64,000 nt of DNA, taken from NCBI GenBank assembly GCA_044229145.1, contig JBGATO010000004.1:44900-108899 (forward strand), in the 5' to 3' direction. Both the position numbers and the translations under genes were made by a program. The DNA comes from Candidatus Eiseniibacteriota bacterium (GTDB lineage Bacteria; Eisenbacteria; RBG-16-71-46; CAZEPH01). The notes below the pieces were generated by a model. The model did not search any database. It saw nothing but the letters and a program-made list of their open reading frames with translations, and was not told where the DNA came from. Positions 51,562 to 62,091 of the stretch are shown here, in pieces. Each line of letters begins with the position of its first letter. The stretch's first letter is position 1.

Positions 51562-54327
51562 ATGTCCCGACTTCCCGCGCCGCGCGCCGTTGCGTGCGGC
51601 CTTGCCGCCGTCCTCGCGTGTTGTGCCGTGTCCGCGTTCGCCGCCGGCGGCGTCGTCGCGATTCCCGAGATCAAGGTGTCCGCCAAGGATGCGCCCGGCG
51701 GGACGATCAGCGGCCCCGGCGCCAGCGGTCAGGATTGGAAGACCGCCACCAAAGACGCGATCGTCATGGACGGGCTGTTCACGCTCTACAAGAAGAAGGA
51801 GAGCGTGTACGCGGCCTTGCCGACCGGGTGGATGGGCAAGCCGTTTCTGTTGGCGATGACGTACGGCAGCGGCATCGGGGTCGGCGGCGTATTCGGCGGC
51901 ATGCCGCTCGGCACCAAAGTGCTCGAGTGGCGGCGTGCCGACGATCACGTGTTGCTGGTCGAAACCAACCAGCGCGTGATCGCGCCGGACAGCACGGCGT
52001 TCGAGCGGTCGCTCGAATTGTCGTATGGCAACTCGGTGCTGGCGTCGTTGTCCGTGACCGCCACGCGCGATTCCGACAAGACGGTGCTGGTGGACGTTAC
52101 GCCGGTGTTGATGAGCGACTTCGCGAACGTGGGCGACGCTCTCAAGAGCGGACTCGCCGGCCGCACGGCGCGTTTCGACCGCGAGCGCTCGTCGTGGGGC
52201 GCGCTCAAGACGTTCCCCGACAACCTCGAACTCGACACGCAGATGACGTTCGCGACGTCGGATCCCGCGAGCATCAACTTGCCGACGGTGCCGGACGCAC
52301 GCTACATCACGCTCGGCGTGCACTACTCGATTTCGCGCTTGCCGGCCGTGCCGATGACGCCGCGGCTCGCCGACGATCGTGTCGGCTATTTCCTCACCGC
52401 CAAGAAGGACTTCGGACGCGACCGTCGCGACGACTACTGGGTGCGCTACATCAACCGGCGGCGCTTGGTGTCGAGCGATCCGGCGGCGCGCGTCGCGGAT
52501 CCGGTGAAGCCGATCGTGTTCTTTCTCGACCGCACGATTCCCGAGGCGTACCGGCCGGCGGTGAAGCGCGGGATCGAGAACTGGAACAAGGCGTTCGCGG
52601 CGGCAGGGTTCTCGCACGCCATCGAGGCGCGCGAGGCGCCGGACGATTCGACGTTCGATCCCGCCGACGCGCGCTACAGCACGATTCGCTGGATCGTGTC
52701 GTCGGAGCCGGTGTTCGGCGCCATCGCGCCGTCGCGCGTCGATCCGCGCACCGGCGAAGTGCTCGACGCCGACATCCTGATCGAAGGCTCGGTGGTGCAG
52801 AGCTACGGCAACATCTGGAAGCGCTACGTGACCGCCGCGTCGCTCGGCGAGGCCGTGATGCCGCAGGCGGCGGTGGCGGATCAGCCGCTCGAGGTGCAGT
52901 GCGCGGCGGCCGAGGCGTTCGCCGACGGTGGGTTGTTGTTGCGTCTCGATCTGCTCGCCTCGGGTGCGTTGACGCCGGGCGCGCCGATGCCGCGCGAGTT
53001 CCTCGATCAGGCGCTGACGCAACTGGTGATGCACGAAGTCGGGCACACGCTCGGCCTGCGGCACAACTTCCGTTCGTCGACCGCGACGCCATTCGTGCGC
53101 CTCGCCGACACCACATGGACGCGCGCGCACGGCGTCACCGGTTCGGTGATGGACTACGTGCCGGTCAACGTCGGGCCCGACTCGGCACACCAAGGCGACT
53201 TCTACACGCAGACCGTCGGCGACTACGACGTGTGGGCGATCCGCTATGGCTACACGCCGTCCGGCACCAAGGATCTCGACGCCGACTACGCCGCGGTGCG
53301 GCCGATCGCCGAGGCGTCGCTCGAACCCGGCCACGAATACTCGACCGACGAAGACACCTATCCGTGGACCGCGCCTGATCCGCGCAGCAACCTCTTCGAC
53401 CTCGGCGACGATCCGCTGCGCTACGCGGACACGCGCTTGTCGCTGGTGCAGCGCATGTGGCAAGGCGACGTGCTGGAGTCACGTCTCGTCGAGCCGGGCG
53501 CGCCGCTGACCGCCTTGCGCCGCACGATGGACGCACTGCTCGCGCAGTCGGCCACGGTGCTCGGCCTCGCGGTGAAGAACGTCGGCGGCGAGTACGTCAC
53601 GCGCGTCCACCGCGGGCAGGCCGGCTACGTCGATCCCGTGCGCCTCGTGCCGGCGGCGCGCCAGCGCGCGGCGCTCGACTTCCTGGCGCGACGCGCGTTC
53701 GCGGCGAATGCGTTCGCGGTGTCGCCCGCACTGCTCGCCAAGCTGGCGCCGGAGCCGTACGCGCACTGGGGCTTGGGCTCCGCGTTCGGCGGCGGCCGCG
53801 TCGAATACGACTGGAACGATCGTGTCGCCGCCATCCAGAGCGATCTCGTCGACGCGCTGCTCGCGCCGCCGCTGCTCGCGCGTCTGCACGAATCCGAATC
53901 GCGGGCGCCGGCGTCGATGACCCTCGCCGAGCACTTCGCGCGCATGACGGCGATGCTGTGGGGTGAAGTCGGCGGCACCCTCGCGCAAGCGCCGGCGTTT
54001 GCCGCGCTCGAGAAGGCGACGCCGCGCCGCGAGACGCAGCTCGCGTACATCGACCGGCTCGCCGGATACATGGTGGCGGGCTCGATGGCGATGCCGGAGG
54101 ACGCGCGTTCGCTGGCGCGCTTGCAATTGCAGCGCATCGACGCGCGCTGCGCCCGCGCGCTGTCGCGCGGCACCGCGACGATGGGCGACTACACGCAGGC
54201 GCATCTGCTCGAAGCGCGCGCCCGCATCCACCGCGCGCTCACCGCGCAACGGACGATCGGCGGTGGCGGCGGCTTCTTCACGGTGCTCGGTGGGCAGACG
54301 GCGCCGGCGGCAGGAGAGAAACGATGA
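51562..54327 (+). CDS. Secreted zinc-dependent metalloprotease (DUF5117/DUF4953 Met-zincin, EcxA-like)
   Basis: Signal peptide; PRLADDRVGYF, DPRTGEVL, HEVGHTLGLRHNF, SVMDY, YDVWAIRYGY. Confidence 0.93.
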   Translation: MSRLPAPRAVACGLAAVLACCAVSAFAAGGVVAIPEIKVSAKDAPGGTISGPGASGQDWKTATKDAIVMDGLFTLYKKKESVYAALPTGWMGKPFLLAMTYGSGIGVGGVFGGMPLGTKVLEWRRADDHVLLVETNQRVIAPDSTAFERSLELSYGNSVLASLSVTATRDSDKTVLVDVTPVLMSDFANVGDALKSGLAGRTARFDRERSSWGALKTFPDNLELDTQMTFATSDPASINLPTVPDARYITLGVHYSISRLPAVPMTPRLADDRVGYFLTAKKDFGRDRRDDYWVRYINRRRLVSSDPAARVADPVKPIVFFLDRTIPEAYRPAVKRGIENWNKAFAAAGFSHAIEAREAPDDSTFDPADARYSTIRWIVSSEPVFGAIAPSRVDPRTGEVLDADILIEGSVVQSYGNIWKRYVTAASLGEAVMPQAAVADQPLEVQCAAAEAFADGGLLLRLDLLASGALTPGAPMPREFLDQALTQLVMHEVGHTLGLRHNFRSSTATPFVRLADTTWTRAHGVTGSVMDYVPVNVGPDSAHQGDFYTQTVGDYDVWAIRYGYTPSGTKDLDADYAAVRPIAEASLEPGHEYSTDEDTYPWTAPDPRSNLFDLGDDPLRYADTRLSLVQRMWQGDVLESRLVEPGAPLTALRRTMDALLAQSATVLGLAVKNVGGEYVTRVHRGQAGYVDPVRLVPAARQRAALDFLARRAFAANAFAVSPALLAKLAPEPYAHWGLGSAFGGGRVEYDWNDRVAAIQSDLVDALLAPPLLARLHESESRAPASMTLAEHFARMTAMLWGEVGGTLAQAPAFAALEKATPRRETQLAYIDRLAGYMVAGSMAMPEDARSLARLQLQRIDARCARALSRGTATMGDYTQAHLLEARARIHRALTAQRTIGGGGGFFTVLGGQTAPAAGEKR

Positions 54328-55748
54328 CGGAGACAACCGCCGCGGTGATTCCGGCCACCGGCCGCCTGCACTTCGCCGGCCTCGCCGGCAGCGGCATGAG
54401 TGCGCTGGCGCAGGTCGAAGCGATGGCCGGCCGCGCGGTGAGCGGCAGTGATCGCGCCTTCGATCGCGGGGAGCGCGTGCGGGAACGCGCGATGCTCGAT
54501 GCGCTCGGCATCACGGTGACGGTGCAGGACGGCAGCGGCGTGCGGACGCAGCCGGCGGCCGTCGTCGCCTCCACCGCCGTCGAGGCGGAGGTGCCGGACA
54601 TCGCCGTGGCGCGCGAACTCGGCGTGCCCGTCGTGCATCGCTCCGATCTGCTCGCGGCGCATGTCGCGGCGTCGCGCACCGTCGCGGTGGCTGGCACCAG
54701 CGGCAAGTCCACCGTCGTCGCGATGCTGTTCGAACTGTTGCGCGGCGCCGGCCGCGATCCGTCGGTCATCACCGGCGGCGAAATCGTCGCGTTGCAGCGC
54801 GAAGGTCTGTGGGGCAACGCGTGGGCGGGCCGCGGCGAATCGCTGGTCGTCGAAGCCGATGAAAGCGACGGATCGCTGACGCGCTATGCGCCCTCGATCG
54901 GCGTGTTGCTCAACCTGCAACGCGATCATCACGAGATCGACACCGTCGCCGCGATGTTCCGGCAGTTCACGGCGCAGGCGCGCGAGTACTGCGTGGTGAG
55001 CGCCGACCCGCGGCTCGCCGAGTTCGCGCGCGGCGCGTGGGTGTGGGTCGTCGACGGCGAAGAGGTGCCGGAGGGCGCCGCGCGCGTGCTGCGCGCCTCC
55101 GACATCGAGCTCGAACCGACGCGTGGCCGTTTCACGCTCGACGGCGACGCGTTCGTGGTGCCGGCGCCCGGACTGCACAATGTGCGCAACGCGATCGCGG
55201 CGCTGACCGCCGCGCACGCGCTCGACGTGCCGCTGCGCAGCATGCGCGACGCGCTGTTCGAGTTCGCCGGCGTGCATCGCCGCTTCCAAACCATCGCCTA
55301 CACCGGTGGCGTCGAGATCATCGACGACTTCGCGCACAACCCCGAGAAGATCCGCGCGGCGTTGGCGACGGCGCGCGCCCGTGGCCGCCGCACGCTCGCG
55401 GTCTACCAGCCGCACGGCTTCGGGCCGACGCGCTTCCTGCGGCACGATCTCGTGGAGGCGTTCGCGTCGTCGCTGCGGCCGCACGACGCGCTCTACATGC
55501 TCGACATCTTCTATGCCGGCGGCACCGCGGCGAAGGACATCGCCTCGCAGGACCTCGTCGACGATCTTGCGGAGCGCGGCGTGCGTGCGTCGGTGCCGGC
55601 ATCGCGCGCAGCGCTCGTCGAGACGTTGGCCGGCGAGGCGCGCGAGGGCGATGTCATCCTCGTGATGGGTGCGCGCGATCCATCACTCAGCGATCTCGCC
55701 CGCGCCATCGCCGCGCAGCTGACGCCCGGCACCCCAAGCCTCGCGTAG
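54324..55748 (+). CDS. murC: MurC-like Mur ligase
   Basis: GSGMSALA, GTSGKST, EADESDG, DDFAHNP, YQPHG. Confidence 0.8.
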   Translation: MTETTAAVIPATGRLHFAGLAGSGMSALAQVEAMAGRAVSGSDRAFDRGERVRERAMLDALGITVTVQDGSGVRTQPAAVVASTAVEAEVPDIAVARELGVPVVHRSDLLAAHVAASRTVAVAGTSGKSTVVAMLFELLRGAGRDPSVITGGEIVALQREGLWGNAWAGRGESLVVEADESDGSLTRYAPSIGVLLNLQRDHHEIDTVAAMFRQFTAQAREYCVVSADPRLAEFARGAWVWVVDGEEVPEGAARVLRASDIELEPTRGRFTLDGDAFVVPAPGLHNVRNAIAALTAAHALDVPLRSMRDALFEFAGVHRRFQTIAYTGGVEIIDDFAHNPEKIRAALATARARGRRTLAVYQPHGFGPTRFLRHDLVEAFASSLRPHDALYMLDIFYAGGTAAKDIASQDLVDDLAERGVRASVPASRAALVETLAGEAREGDVILVMGARDPSLSDLARAIAAQLTPGTPSLA

Positions 55749-55767
55749 GCCCGACGAAAGGATCGCC

Positions 55768-56307
55768 ATGCTGGTGTGGATGGATCTCGAGATGACCGGC
55801 CTCGACGAGGAGCGGCACACCATCGTCGAGATCGCGACGCTCATCACCGACGACGAGCTGCGCGTGATCGCCGAAGGGCCGGATCTCGTCGTGCACCAGC
55901 CACCGGAGGCGCTCGCGGCGATGGACGACTACGTGCGGACGATGCACACGAAGTCCGGCCTGCTCGCGCGCATCGACGCGAGCACGCTGTCGCTCGCGGA
56001 GGCCGGCGCGCAGACGCTCGCGTTCATCCAGCAGCATGCGACCGAAGCGCGCAACGTACCGCTCGCCGGGAACTCCATCGGCACCGACCGCCGCTTCCTG
56101 CGCCGCCACCTGCCCGACATCGAAGCGTGGCTGCACTACCGCACCGTCGACGTGTCGACCGTCAAGGAACTCTGCCGCCGCTGGTATCCGGCGATCTACG
56201 ATGCCGCGCCCAAGAAGGCGGAGACGCATCGCGCGCTCGACGACATCCGCGAGAGCGTCGCCGAGTTGGGCTACTACCGCGAGCGGATCTTCGTGCCGCG
56301 GGGATAG
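55768..56307 (+). CDS. orn: Oligoribonuclease
   Basis: LVWMDLEMTGL, MHTKSGL, LAGNS, HYRTVDVST, HRALDDIRES. Confidence 0.96.
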   Translation: MLVWMDLEMTGLDEERHTIVEIATLITDDELRVIAEGPDLVVHQPPEALAAMDDYVRTMHTKSGLLARIDASTLSLAEAGAQTLAFIQQHATEARNVPLAGNSIGTDRRFLRRHLPDIEAWLHYRTVDVSTVKELCRRWYPAIYDAAPKKAETHRALDDIRESVAELGYYRERIFVPRG

Positions 56308-56327
56308 GTGCGAAAGAAACTTGAACC

Positions 56328-58133
56328 CTAATACACAATCACTTGCCGTGAGTCGACTGAGCTCTCAGTGCGAGCAGTGACAAAATAGACTCCGCGAGTG
56401 ACGGGGGCGGACCCGGGGGAGTGGAGATTCCAGACGAACTCGTGGATCCCAGAGCCGAGATCGCCGCTGAATATCTGATCCACCACAGCTCCGTTCGGAC
56501 TGCAGATACGAACCGTAATCCCAGCGCTTCGACTCAAGGAAACTGGAATCCGCACGACGTCTCGCGCAGGGTTTGGGTAGGGTGCCGCAAGGGCGGCTAC
56601 CATAGCCCGCGTGGATCCCGCGGGCGCGAACGTGAGGTGTGCCCGTGCGCGAAATCTCACCCGAAACCCTCGCGGACGGCCTCGCCTGTACACCCGCGGG
56701 CGCGAGATAGGCACAGTCGTCGCCCCGACAGAGCCAGCGCGATCCAACCCCACGGTCCGGCTCGCAAGGTCACACTCCCCAGAGTGTGAGAGGCGCAGGA
56801 GAGTCGCCACAAGCTTGTCACGAGTAGGTCGTGTCCACAGGAGTTGCTCGTCGTCACCGACGCTGCAAACACGGACACCTTCGGCGGGCCAGCCCAGCCC
56901 CCGCAAACCGTCGGGCGCGACCTTCTGCGCCCATAGCTCGCGAGACGTGGCGCTGGCTATGGCTTCCCACGCGACCACGAGGCTTCCCGCATCGTCCACT
57001 GCCGGAGAGAGTGCGCCAACAAGATCGTATCGACTGGAAAGGCGGATGCCGCCCGCTGGCCACTGAACCACACCCAGTGAGTCGAGTCGTTGGCTGAGAA
57101 GCGCCGGAACTGTGCCAAATCGATAATCTCGCCAGACGAGAAATAGCCCTCCGATTCCGTCTGGTACGATTCCGCTGGGAGAGAGCCCCGTGCGTCCCCT
57201 GGTCACCAATGAGCCTTCTCGTCCCCAGCTCACCAGGCCTGCTGAGGAGATATGCTGTGCGCGCAATGCACCCGGTCTCGCATAGCCCCAACCCACAAAT
57301 GCACCGCCGCGACCATCCGCCGCGACCGTCACCCCGCATTTAGGGGAGTATCCCTCGGCGAGGCAGACACCGCTGTCGCGCCACATGCGATCTCCGTCAG
57401 CGGACATGCGCTGCACGAAAAGCCGGCGGAGGGATCTTGACCGCTCGGCAGCACTCCAGAACAACAGAGCTCCGCCGGTCGAGTCTGGCGTGATCGCGAG
57501 AAGACCGTGAGGCCCGCGCCCATGCGCGAGCGGGCAGGCTACGGGCAGGCAGTGCGCATCGTGGGAGACACGCTGGACCTCCGCTGACCAGTCGCTCGAT
57601 CCCACCGCCGATGTCTCCCATGCGACGAACGCGCCTCCCGCGCCGTCAGACGCGACGAGAACGTGGTCGATGCAGAAGCTATCAGGAGTTGCGGCGGCGA
57701 CAGGTTGCCACGGGCTCGCGTCCCCCGATGCGGACACGTGGCAGGCATCCAGTCGCGCACATGCTTGAGCATTCCTCCGGAAGAGGATCGTGCCCCCTTC
57801 TCCGTCTGGGACGGGCTGGAGCGCGAGTCGCGCACCAGCGGGATCATCAACGGCAAGAATGCAGTCCGTGTGCTTCGCGCGTTTCCCGTTGCTCGTCAAC
57901 ACGCGAATCCGAATCGCCGCCGCGCCGCTGTCATGGGTGGATGTCGTGGCGAGCGAAACCACGCCGGCGACGCGATCACAACTGAAGGGGGCTCGCGGCG
58001 ATGGGATTGCTTGGGTTGGACAATCGAAGCCAACCAGCAGCAAGAGGGCAATCAGAGTCCGGTGCCCAAGTGCCACACCAGACAGATGGTCGCAGGAGAC
58101 ACTTGCATCGGTGCGATATCGGTATCGATTCAT
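56328..58133 (-). CDS. Divergent secreted DGxGG-repeat protein with FlgD/T9SS-like tail
   Basis: DGEGG, SDGAGGAFVAW, DGRGGAFVGW, DGIGGLFLVWRD repeats; YPNP...GVYF. Start uncertain; parts look degraded. Confidence 0.65.
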   Translation of the reverse strand: MNRYRYRTDASVSCDHLSGVALGHRTLIALLLLVGFDCPTQAIPSPRAPFSCDRVAGVVSLATTSTHDSGAAAIRIRVLTSNGKRAKHTDCILAVDDPAGARLALQPVPDGEGGTILFRRNAQACARLDACHVSASGDASPWQPVAAATPDSFCIDHVLVASDGAGGAFVAWETSAVGSSDWSAEVQRVSHDAHCLPVACPLAHGRGPHGLLAITPDSTGGALLFWSAAERSRSLRRLFVQRMSADGDRMWRDSGVCLAEGYSPKCGVTVAADGRGGAFVGWGYARPGALRAQHISSAGLVSWGREGSLVTRGRTGLSPSGIVPDGIGGLFLVWRDYRFGTVPALLSQRLDSLGVVQWPAGGIRLSSRYDLVGALSPAVDDAGSLVVAWEAIASATSRELWAQKVAPDGLRGLGWPAEGVRVCSVGDDEQLLWTRPTRDKLVATLLRLSHSGECDLASRTVGLDRAGSVGATTVPISRPRVYRRGRPRGFRVRFRARAHLTFAPAGSTRAMVAALAAPYPNPARDVVRIPVSLSRSAGITVRICSPNGAVVDQIFSGDLGSGIHEFVWNLHSPGSAPVTRGVYFVTARTESSVDSRQVIVY

Positions 58134-58443
58134 GTCGAGTTCCTGACCACCGACAGCATCGAATATCAGCGTCTCGCGAACGCCGCTCAGAGTCCAGGCA
58201 TACGCTGGTGGTACAAGTCGGCTGCGTGACGTACCGCACATGACGTATGCGCATATACGAGGTCTACATGGTACGACATGCGCTTATCGATCTATTGATC
58301 CCAGCGCTGGGGCCCTGCACGCTTGACAGTATGGCAGCGAGCGTCGCGGACCGCGGCGCGCCGCCATGGAGGCGAAGCACCGCAAGAGACTCTCCGCGGG
58401 GCTTCCACGAATCGGTTTGAACCACGCCATGGAGATTGTGAGT

Positions 58444-60188
58444 ATGCGTATCCTCATCCCCCCCGAGAGCGGCCGCACGGCAACGCGGCCGGCCGCAACA
58501 TCGCGGCGCATGTTGGTGCCCGCGTTGGCCGCGTGCGTGTTGCTTCTTCAGGCATCAACCGGTAGAGCACAAGATGAAATGCAGTCTTCATCTGGTGGCG
58601 GCTGTTCGATCGGCATCAAGTCCGGCCCTCTCGTGGGAGCGCTCACGGGAGGAGCGGGGCCCGCGACAGCCACGGCAAAGGTGTTCGTCAAGATCAGCGA
58701 ACCCGCCACCGTGAAGATCGACCTCTCGGCCGATCCCTGCTTCTCCGCCTACTCGACGAGTGCGGGCGTGGCAGCGACCACCGCCAGCGACACCGCCGTC
58801 ATCGTCCCGCTCACGGGGCTGGCGAACCGGCAAATCTACTACTATCGGGTCGTGATAAACGACTGTCGGCTGCTCACCGATTGCTGGCCGGAGGATGATC
58901 CGTCGTCCAGTTTCATGACGTCGCCGACCGACGAAGTGACGGGCGTCAACAATAGCGATACTTACGCGTTCGCCTTCCTGAGTTGCAGCATGAATCTGGT
59001 GGATCAGCCCACGACGGGCAGCCCGGTGTTCCAAGCGCTGGACGGGCTGCTCACGAATGTCGCCACCGATGACGACCCAGCGATTGTCTTCCAGATCGGG
59101 GATTGGGATCACCGCAACCCGGGGATGATCGACCCCGCCGTTAGCGACGCGACGTGTAACCAGACCGGACAGCCGCCATGCAACACGTCCGACTGGCGCG
59201 CCATGCACATGGACTCCCGCGGGCCGGAGCGGCTGGGGGTCAACCAGGCGGGGACGGAGTTCAAGACGCTCGTGCAGAAGCACTTCCCGATAGAGCACAT
59301 CTGGGACAACCACGATTTCGCGGGGTTGGACCACTTCAGCGGGCCGTCGCAGAACCAGACGCTCGACAACATCGCGGACGCGGGGTTTCTGGGCCGGCCG
59401 AATGTGCTGTCCGCCTACCTCGAGTACTGGCCCATGCACACGCTGCCGAATCCGCCGTCGTGCGTCTCGAACACGAGTTGCACCGGCGGGGTGTACCGCA
59501 CCTTCACCTACGGCAACGTGGACTTCTTCATCCTGGACCTGCGGTTTCAGCGATCCCCGACACCCCCGGCGCGAGCGGCACAATGCTTGGGACCGTTCAG
59601 CTTGCATGGCTAGAGAGCGCACTCCAGACATCGCAGCTACAGCATCCGCAACGGTGGCGCGTGATCGTGTCTTCCCTCGCCTTCAATGCACAGGCCAAGG
59701 CGAGTGCTGGAAGCTGGGGCACCTTCACCACGGAACGAAACGCTCTTCTTGCATCTCTCAATGCAGTTGGCGGCGGCGTTCAGGTGAAGAACGTCGTCTT
59801 CGTGTCTGGAGATCTACATTCCGGTGGGGCGATTGATTTTGGGCAGACGTTTCCGGGACAGACGTCAGCCGGTCGGGCTGAGATCAACGTGCCTCACATG
59901 AACATCAATGGGAACAATCCCTCGCTGAACTACGACTCTGGTTGCCCGCAGACGGGGAACTGGAAGATGACGGCCGGAGCAGCAAACAACTACGTGAGCG
60001 GCGCGCCGAGTGGTTCAAGCGGCGGCTGTGCGGGGTTTCCTGCGGGTGGACCCGGATACGTGTTGCTGCGAGTAAACCGTGCCACCAATGCACTGACCAT
60101 GGAGGTGCGCGACACAAACAACGTCGTGCGGCGAAACACCACGCTCAACCTCCCGCTCACTCTCACCAAGACTGTGGGCACCGACTAG
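58444..60188 (+). pseudogene. phoD: PhoD-like alkaline phosphatase/phosphodiesterase split by a frameshift (real or sequencing error)
   Basis: Frame A gives SRRML (Tat-like), YYYRV, FAFLSC, IGD, WDNHD, FFILDLR. Frame B gives TMLGTVQLAWL, WRVIVSS, SW...ER, VVFVSGDLH. Adding one C in the C-runs at 59555-59567 joins them. Confidence 0.75.
59477..59553 (+). repeat. 77-bp direct repeat, copy 1 (inside the phoD-like gene)
   Basis: 71/77 identical to 62092-62168 by manual alignment. Confidence 0.9.
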
Positions 60189-60203
60189 TCACTGGAGATC
60201 TGG

Positions 60204-60242
60204 AGCGCGGTGCCGTGACGTCGATGGTCACGGCGCCGCGCT
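60204..60242 (+). terminator. Stem-loop after the phoD-like gene
   Basis: AGCGCGGTGCCGTGAC / GTCACGGCGCCGCGCT stem; no U tract. Confidence 0.45.
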
Positions 60243-60303
60243 ACCAGTCGCGCTGGCGGTGCCATCAACCGCCCTGAAAAGACCGGTTTGAGGCGAGGGG
60301 AAA

Positions 60304-62043
60304 ATGTTCGCACAGATTGCGGCATGCATCATCGCAGCCAGTTCTCTCATCACTCAATCGCAATTGGACGGAGCCCTCCGAAGCAATCATTGGCCGACCG
60401 ATCCCGCAGTGAATCTAGCGGTGTGCACTCGGACGGGCGACGACCAGATCGAAGGTCTTTGTGCCGACCTCAAGGGCGGCGCCTACGTCTTGAGCGGCAG
60501 CGAGCCGCAACTGGGCCACTATCAGCAGGTCGTGCAGCGGATTCGCGCGAACGGCGTGCTCGCGTGGCGTACAAACGGGATTCCCGTGTGCCGGCTGGAC
60601 GTGATAGCAGTTGGAGGGCAACTTGTACCAGATGGGAGTGGTGGTGCAATTGCCGTGTGGGCTGACCAGGGGCGTGGGGACGGGGCGCTCACCCCAGTTT
60701 TCGCTCAACGAATTGACTCCAACGGCGTTCCTCGATGGGATCGAGCCGGCGTAAGCGTGGACTCCACCGTCTATTACTACCGGCCATTCGCATGTGCACC
60801 AGATGGTCGCGGTGGTGTATTTGTCGTCTGCTACGACGTTCGCGACAATCTGCCGGGCCGTGGAACGCTGTATGCCCAATGGGTCGACAATCGTGGACGC
60901 GCGCGCTGGGGAGTGGGAGGAGTGCCATTGTGTTCTGCAATCTCCTCGAAGCTGCTGGCAGGCGCCATCCCCGATGGCGCTGACGGCTTTGTCGTCTTGT
61001 GGCAGGACGAGCGAGCACAGGATTGGCAGTACAAGCTCTACGCGCAGCGCATGGACGGGACGGGACGTGCGCTCTGGCAGACAGACGGCGTCCTAATCAG
61101 TGACCTCACCACGGAGGACCGTCCTCCTGCCTTGATTACAGATGCAGTCGGTGGAGCGATTGTGACGTGGCCTGCGACAGGAGCGGGGCTCGTCGCGCAA
61201 CACGTGAGCGCCGACGGTCAGTTGGCCTGGGGCGCACAGGGAGTGGATGTGACGGGTGGAGTGTGGGCGGTGAAGGATCCACATGGGGTAAGCGATGGCG
61301 CTGGTGGATTGATCCTCTGCTGGACGGATGGGCGCAGCGGAGGGTGGGCACCGTACGCGCAAGCACTGAGAAGTGACGGGAGCATTGCATGGGGCAGCGG
61401 TGGAGTGAAACTCTCTACCTCTGCTGGCGGCGAGAATGCACGTCTTGCCACAGACGGTGCTGGAGGTGTCCTCGTGTGCTGGTACTCACCCGACTATCAC
61501 GTTTGGGCACAGCGAGTTGCGAATACTGGCGAAATCTCAAGTGGGTGGCCGAGCGCCGGAGTTGCGATCTCCATCGCGCCCGGGGGACAACTCTATCCCA
61601 CGATCATTGCTGAGCCATCAGGCGCCATACTCGCCTGGTCGGATTATCGCAACGGGCTCTCCGACATCTACGCGCAGCGCGTCGGCGTAAGCGGTGTGTT
61701 GGGTGGCGGCGCGGAGCCAGCGGCCCCGGTAGAGCCGCTCCAATCTGTCGCATCCATTGGCGACTTCAGTGGTGCGAGCGCGCTGACTGTAAGGGGCGGC
61801 AGTCGCTGCGAGATCGACTACTACATGCCGCATACGGCGCGCGTGTCACTGCGCGTGTTCGACGTGTCGGGCACCCTGGTGGCGACGTTGGTGAACGGGA
61901 TGGTCGAGAGCGGCGCGCATCACGCGTCGTGGGATCCTCAGGAAGGCCCACGCGGACGTGTACCGAGCGGCGTGTACACGTTTGTGCTTTTGGGCGCGGG
62001 CGAAACGCAGGTGGTGCGGGCGGTGCTGATTGGCGCGCGGTAG
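60304..62043 (+). CDS. Secreted DGxGG/YAQR-repeat (beta-propeller-like) protein with FlgD-like tail, paralog 1
   Basis: GAGGGG RBS; signal-like N-terminus; repeated DGxGGxxxxW...YAQR; VFDVSG...GVYTF. Confidence 0.85.
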   Translation: MFAQIAACIIAASSLITQSQLDGALRSNHWPTDPAVNLAVCTRTGDDQIEGLCADLKGGAYVLSGSEPQLGHYQQVVQRIRANGVLAWRTNGIPVCRLDVIAVGGQLVPDGSGGAIAVWADQGRGDGALTPVFAQRIDSNGVPRWDRAGVSVDSTVYYYRPFACAPDGRGGVFVVCYDVRDNLPGRGTLYAQWVDNRGRARWGVGGVPLCSAISSKLLAGAIPDGADGFVVLWQDERAQDWQYKLYAQRMDGTGRALWQTDGVLISDLTTEDRPPALITDAVGGAIVTWPATGAGLVAQHVSADGQLAWGAQGVDVTGGVWAVKDPHGVSDGAGGLILCWTDGRSGGWAPYAQALRSDGSIAWGSGGVKLSTSAGGENARLATDGAGGVLVCWYSPDYHVWAQRVANTGEISSGWPSAGVAISIAPGGQLYPTIIAEPSGAILAWSDYRNGLSDIYAQRVGVSGVLGGGAEPAAPVEPLQSVASIGDFSGASALTVRGGSRCEIDYYMPHTARVSLRVFDVSGTLVATLVNGMVESGAHHASWDPQEGPRGRVPSGVYTFVLLGAGETQVVRAVLIGAR

Positions 62044-62091
62044 GGAGAGCCGAAACGCAGCGAGCCCCCAGATCCGCGACGATGTGGGGGT

